NCBI GenBank assembly: GCA_003562365.1
Contig: PWVB01000338.1
Span: 1-48,015 of the forward strand
Direction: 5' to 3'
Source: Anaerolineae bacterium
Lineage (GTDB): Bacteria > Chloroflexota > Anaerolineae > B4-G1 > SLSP01
DNA: 48,015 nucleotides
Part shown: positions 44,516-48,015 of the stretch, in pieces
How the letters are laid out: each line of letters starts with the position of its first letter
How positions within the stretch are numbered: the first letter of the stretch is position 1
Translations under genes and position numbers: made by a program
The notes under the pieces: model-generated
Databases searched by the model: none
What the model was told of the DNA's origin: nothing
The model's input: only the letters and a program-made list of their open reading frames with translations

Positions 44516-45367
44516 ATGGACTTATATTCAGCAATCATCAATCGTGAGTCTGTGCGGCGCTATCGTGGGGAGTCGCTGCACAAACAGCTTCTGGACATGA
44601 TCGATGAGATCGTTGATCATAGTAGGCCATTGGTCGAGGAGAACCGGTTCCGGATAATGCGCCGCGATGTGGTGACGGGGGAAGACCTAATCGCGGCGAT
44701 GGGGGGATACGGACGCATTCTGACCCCGCCCCACTATCTAGTAGCCAGTGCGGTGGGCGATCGAGCCCCCTTGGTGGATCTAGGGTACCGTATGGAACAG
44801 ATCGCGATTCAGATGGTGCAACTGGGAGTCAGTGTCTGTTTCATCGGCAGTCTCAATCGTGAGGCCAACGTGCGGGTGCGATTCCGGCTGAACCGCCAAG
44901 CGCGCACCGGTGCCTTTCTGATCTTTGGTCACGCTGCTGAGACGGTGCCTGGCAGAACTATCAATGCCGTCATCCGCAAGGCGTCGGGAGGCGCAGCCAA
45001 GCTGGAGGCCAAGGATGTCTTCTATGATGGTTCCTTTGAGCAACCTGCGTTGCCTCCGAAAGCGTTGATGAAGCTGATCGAGGCGGCGCGCCGCGCGCCG
45101 TCGGCCAATAATGCCCAGCCCTGGCGGTTCCTCTGGCAAGCGGGAACGCTGACATTGTTTGTGCAGAAGTACAATCCGCGATACGGAAATAAAGCAGAGT
45201 TGCAGGAGTACCGTTATTTCGATGGGGGGATCTGTATGGCAAACGTTGCACTTGCGCTGGAGGCCCTGGGGATTCCTGGCGATTGGGAACTCCTGAACAC
45301 CTCGACTCTGGGGGTACCAGATCACCCGGCGGCGCTGGAACCTTTGGCGAAGCTGAAACTGAGTTGA
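44516..45367 (+). CDS. nitroreductase-family protein (long, apparently two-lobed form)
   Basis: The N-terminal motif is AIINRESVRRYRGESL (the R-x-S-V-R-x-(F/Y) motif). A canonical APSANNAQPWRF motif appears only at about residue 195. Confidence 0.8.
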   Translation: MDLYSAIINRESVRRYRGESLHKQLLDMIDEIVDHSRPLVEENRFRIMRRDVVTGEDLIAAMGGYGRILTPPHYLVASAVGDRAPLVDLGYRMEQIAIQMVQLGVSVCFIGSLNREANVRVRFRLNRQARTGAFLIFGHAAETVPGRTINAVIRKASGGAAKLEAKDVFYDGSFEQPALPPKALMKLIEAARRAPSANNAQPWRFLWQAGTLTLFVQKYNPRYGNKAELQEYRYFDGGICMANVALALEALGIPGDWELLNTSTLGVPDHPAALEPLAKLKLS

Positions 45368-45386
45368 AGGCTGCAGTTGGCTTGGG

Positions 45387-45417
45387 CGCGGCGATCAGCA
45401 TTTCGCCGCGAGTTTTG
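45387..45417 (+). terminator. rho-independent terminator after the nitroreductase gene
   Basis: cgcggcga-tcagcatt-tcgccgcg is an 8-bp stem (45387-45410), followed by agttttg. Confidence 0.6.
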
Positions 45418-45553
45418 CAGTAGAGTTAAGGGTCCTTCATATCGCGAGACCCGCTAACGATAGGTATTATGTGTGGCCCTGACAGGAATGGCTTCGGAAT
45501 GCACTATTGAGGCGTCCGACACGAATACCGCCGCACGCATACCCAAAGACTCC

Positions 45554-46774
45554 CTAGCGCTTGGCCATCGGGACCTGGTTGATGAGCCCTCCCTCGACTC
45601 TGAAGGTGACCGTCCGACGTCGAAAGCTCTCGGGAAACATTTCAGCGTCCGTGGTGGCCAAGATCGTCTGCTCGACTCCACTAAGCAGTTCGAGGAGGAA
45701 GCCACGTCGAGTGCGATCCAATTCTGCCAGCACCTCGTCCAGCAGGAGTACGGGCGATTCTCCTGTTGTCTCTTCCAGCCAGCGGAGTTCCGCCAGGTGC
45801 AGCGCAAGCACAGCCGTGCGTTGCTCGCCTCGCGAGCCGAACACACCCATATCTCGGTCGGCGGAGATAAAACGTATCTCGTCGCGATGTGGGCCGATGA
45901 GCGTCATTCCCCGTTCAATCTCCCGCTGGCGCTTCTGCGCTAGCTTCTCGCGATAGTCATCATATAGGGCCTCAACATCAATCGTTGCGATATCCGCTGG
46001 CGCTGCGGGGCCCAAAAACTCATCACTCTGCTTGGTTGCGCTGACCGCTTCGAAGTTGGGCTTGTAGCTGAGCCGTAGTCGGGCTTGCCCTCCCGTCATC
46101 TCCTGGTGCAGTCGGTCCATATGGTCTGTCAGCTCCCAGATGACCCGTCGACGGTACAGGGAAACGGTGACCCCGGTACGCACAATGCGTTCCTCAAGCG
46201 GCATCAGTTGCAGTGCATCGCCACCGCGAGCGCGCAGGTGGCGCAGTAGTGCATTACGCCGCGAGACCGCCTTGCGGTAGGCGTCATACACTTCGACGTA
46301 CGTCGGGTAGACTTGTGAGAGTAGATTGTCCAGGTAGCGCCTTCGTCCAGAAGGGGCTCCATTGACCAACGCCAGATCTTCGGGGAGAAAGAGGACCACA
46401 TTTAGATGACCTGCAAGATCGGTGATCCGCGTCGAGCGCTGATCAATACGCACGCTCTTGTGCATCCGCTGCCGTCCGTTCGTGAGGTGCCGGCGTTCCA
46501 GTGCAATCTCCAGGTGTTCGGTCCGATCCCTGTATACGACGTCCGCTTTGAGGTGGGCAAAGGGCAGACTGGCCTCTGCTGCATCCCAGTGAATAACATG
46601 CTGATCGACGCTGGTCAAAGGTGAGGAGCCAAGAGCCAGAAAGGCCATCGCCTCAAGCAGGCTAGTCTTGCCTTGTGCGTTGGCTCCGAGGAGGAGCACT
46701 GGGGCAGCAGGCAAATCCAGCTCCAGGCGATGGTAGGTACGGAACTGACGTAGGCTCAAGCTTCGGATGTGCAT
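45554..46774 (-). CDS. recF: DNA replication and repair protein RecF
   Basis: MHIRSLSLRQFRTYHRLELDL...LLLGANAQGKTSLLEA (Walker A), ...SRGEQRTAVLALHLAE (signature), LLLDEVLAELD (Walker B). Confidence 0.92.
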   Translation of the reverse strand: MHIRSLSLRQFRTYHRLELDLPAAPVLLLGANAQGKTSLLEAMAFLALGSSPLTSVDQHVIHWDAAEASLPFAHLKADVVYRDRTEHLEIALERRHLTNGRQRMHKSVRIDQRSTRITDLAGHLNVVLFLPEDLALVNGAPSGRRRYLDNLLSQVYPTYVEVYDAYRKAVSRRNALLRHLRARGGDALQLMPLEERIVRTGVTVSLYRRRVIWELTDHMDRLHQEMTGGQARLRLSYKPNFEAVSATKQSDEFLGPAAPADIATIDVEALYDDYREKLAQKRQREIERGMTLIGPHRDEIRFISADRDMGVFGSRGEQRTAVLALHLAELRWLEETTGESPVLLLDEVLAELDRTRRGFLLELLSGVEQTILATTDAEMFPESFRRRTVTFRVEGGLINQVPMAKR

Positions 46775-46936
46775 CGGAGGCTCATTGTAGCATGTGGGCG
46801 TGGATGCTCAAGACGACGCTGCTCGCTGGTCGAGACTGAGCGACCTGGTAGAGGATGGCTGTTTGCTTGTAGGTACGCTGATTCGTGGTAAGCTCAAAAC
46901 CCCGAACAGACTCGGAAGGATAGGAGGCGTTATCAT

Positions 46937-48015
46937 ATGAAGCCGAAACCAGTTTATACTATCTCCATTATTCCCTCACTGCCGGAGCCATTGCAGCCGC
47001 TCTGGAGATTGGCCTACAATCTGCGTTGGGCGTGGAAGCACGACATCATCGAGCTCTTTCTACGCTTGGACAGCGATCTCTGGGAAGAGACGGACCACAA
47101 CCCTGTTCGCATGCTGGGCACGATCGAGCAGGAGCGCTTGGATAGACTGGCGACCGATGTGGGGTTCCTGGCGCACTTGGAGCGAGCGACACGTTACCTC
47201 GACGAGTATATGGCCGAGCGGCGCGGTGCCTGGTTTGATAGGACCTATGAGCAGTCGGAAAGACCTCTGTTCTCCTATTTCTCGCTGGAGTTTGGGATCA
47301 CCGAATCGCTGCAGATCTTCGCTGGAGGGTTGGGGGTTTTGGCGGGGGATCATCTGAAGTCAGCCAGTGACCTCGACGTCCCGCTGGTCGGGGTTGGGCT
47401 GCTCTATCAGCAGGGGTATTTCCGCCAGTATCTCAATCAGGCCGGCTGGCAGCAGGAAGCTTACGAGGACAACCACTTTGACAACCTTCCTGTGATTCTT
47501 GAGCGTCGGGACGATGGAGAGCCTGTCAAGATCGAAGTCCAGTTGCCGGGCCGTCGGGTCACCGCTCGAATCTGGCGCGCACAGGTTGGCCGCATTCCAC
47601 TCTACCTGTTGGATACCAACATCGGGGACAACACGCGCCCCCAGGATCGCGATATCACCGACCAGCTCTACGGTGGCGATCAGGAGTTGCGTATCAAACA
47701 GGAGCTTCTGCTGGGCATCGGTGGCTATCGAGCCCTCCAAGCCCTGGGACTCACGCCCGCCGTCTACCACATGAATGAGGGGCATTCTGCTTTCCTCGCG
47801 CTGGAGCACATCCGGCATCTCATGGCGACCCACGACTTGACCTTCGCTCAGGCTCGCGAGGCCGCTTCAGCTGCTTTTGTCTTTACGACCCATACCCCGG
47901 TGCCTGCTGGGCACGATCGTTTCCCGCCGCATCTAATGGACCATTACTTCAGGGACTTTGCGACTCACGAGCTTGGTCTGGACTGGAATGAGTTTATGGC
48001 CCTGGGACGTGAGAG
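46937..48015 (+). CDS. glgP: alpha-glucan phosphorylase (GT35, GlgP family), 5' part; runs off the window
   Basis: It is not in the ORF track because no stop is reached. ATG 46937 follows TAGGAGG. The translation MKPKPVYTISIIPSLPEPLQPLWRLAYNLRWAWKHD...YFSLEFGITESLQIFAGGLGVLAGDHLKSASDLDVPLVGVGLLYQQGYFRQ... is the typical alpha-glucan phosphorylase N-terminus. Confidence 0.88.
   Translation, partial: MKPKPVYTISIIPSLPEPLQPLWRLAYNLRWAWKHDIIELFLRLDSDLWEETDHNPVRMLGTIEQERLDRLATDVGFLAHLERATRYLDEYMAERRGAWFDRTYEQSERPLFSYFSLEFGITESLQIFAGGLGVLAGDHLKSASDLDVPLVGVGLLYQQGYFRQYLNQAGWQQEAYEDNHFDNLPVILERRDDGEPVKIEVQLPGRRVTARIWRAQVGRIPLYLLDTNIGDNTRPQDRDITDQLYGGDQELRIKQELLLGIGGYRALQALGLTPAVYHMNEGHSAFLALEHIRHLMATHDLTFAQAREAASAAFVFTTHTPVPAGHDRFPPHLMDHYFRDFATHELGLDWNEFMALGRE

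Noticed and set aside
45554-46936. recF as a hint of a nearby replication origin.
   Set aside because: dnaA, dnaN and gyrB are not adjacent. I saw no cluster of TTATCCACA-like boxes in the 162-bp recF-glgP spacer or elsewhere.
1-48015. A search for CRISPR arrays, rRNA, toxin-antitoxin pairs, restriction-modification or other defence genes, reverse transcriptases and phage structural genes.
   Set aside because: I found no regularly spaced direct repeats and no rRNA-like segments. No ORF carries nuclease/helicase/methylase defence-type motifs beyond the housekeeping genes listed. The window reads as core chromosome apart from the left-edge IS fragment and the 4.2-6.06 kb patch.

Overview
This is a 48,015-bp window of a gene-dense, high-G+C bacterial chromosome. 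The protein styles suggest Chloroflexota: a PMT/ArnT-like glycosyltransferase with 'LYW' C-terminal repeats, a 4-domain S1, an Arg-rich RluB tail and an MGDG-synthase-like GT. That placement is inference only. I call 45 protein-coding genes (two of them dubious) plus a transposase 3' fragment at the left edge. I found no rRNA, tRNA or CRISPR array, and no recognisable defence, prophage or conjugation module.

Most of the window is core housekeeping:
- cmk, rluB, rnc, clpC, ftsK, xerD, gmk, rpsA, infA and recF
- a nucleoside-type BMP/ABC importer
- rsmF-like, punA-like and glgP genes

A 13-kb run of minus-strand genes carries the metabolic content:
- a complete Na+-pumping biotin decarboxylase set (carboxyltransferase, OadG-like, biotin carrier, OadB-like beta), with a GNAT gene translationally coupled inside it
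- a 4-subunit 2-oxoacid:ferredoxin oxidoreductase
- lpd followed by a PyrK-like/PyrD-like pair

Many track ORFs carry spurious N-terminal extensions. I re-set those starts using RBS and homology logic.

I cannot point to a clear-cut novel system. The candidates most worth follow-up are:
1. The lpd + PyrK-like + PyrD-like operon. By my by-eye alignment, both DHOD-family proteins have lost the canonical catalytic, flavin and NAD motifs but keep the 2Fe-2S cysteines.
2. A polytopic-membrane / GAF-like / sigma70-region-4-like HTH one-component protein (32939-34810).
3. The GNAT embedded in the decarboxylase operon.
4. A small accessory-looking patch at 4.2-6.06 kb. It holds an orphan secreted protein with faint lytic-transglycosylase motifs and an unusually long, lower-GC, pyrimidine-rich non-coding gap.

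All family assignments come from motif recognition by eye. None was checked against a database.
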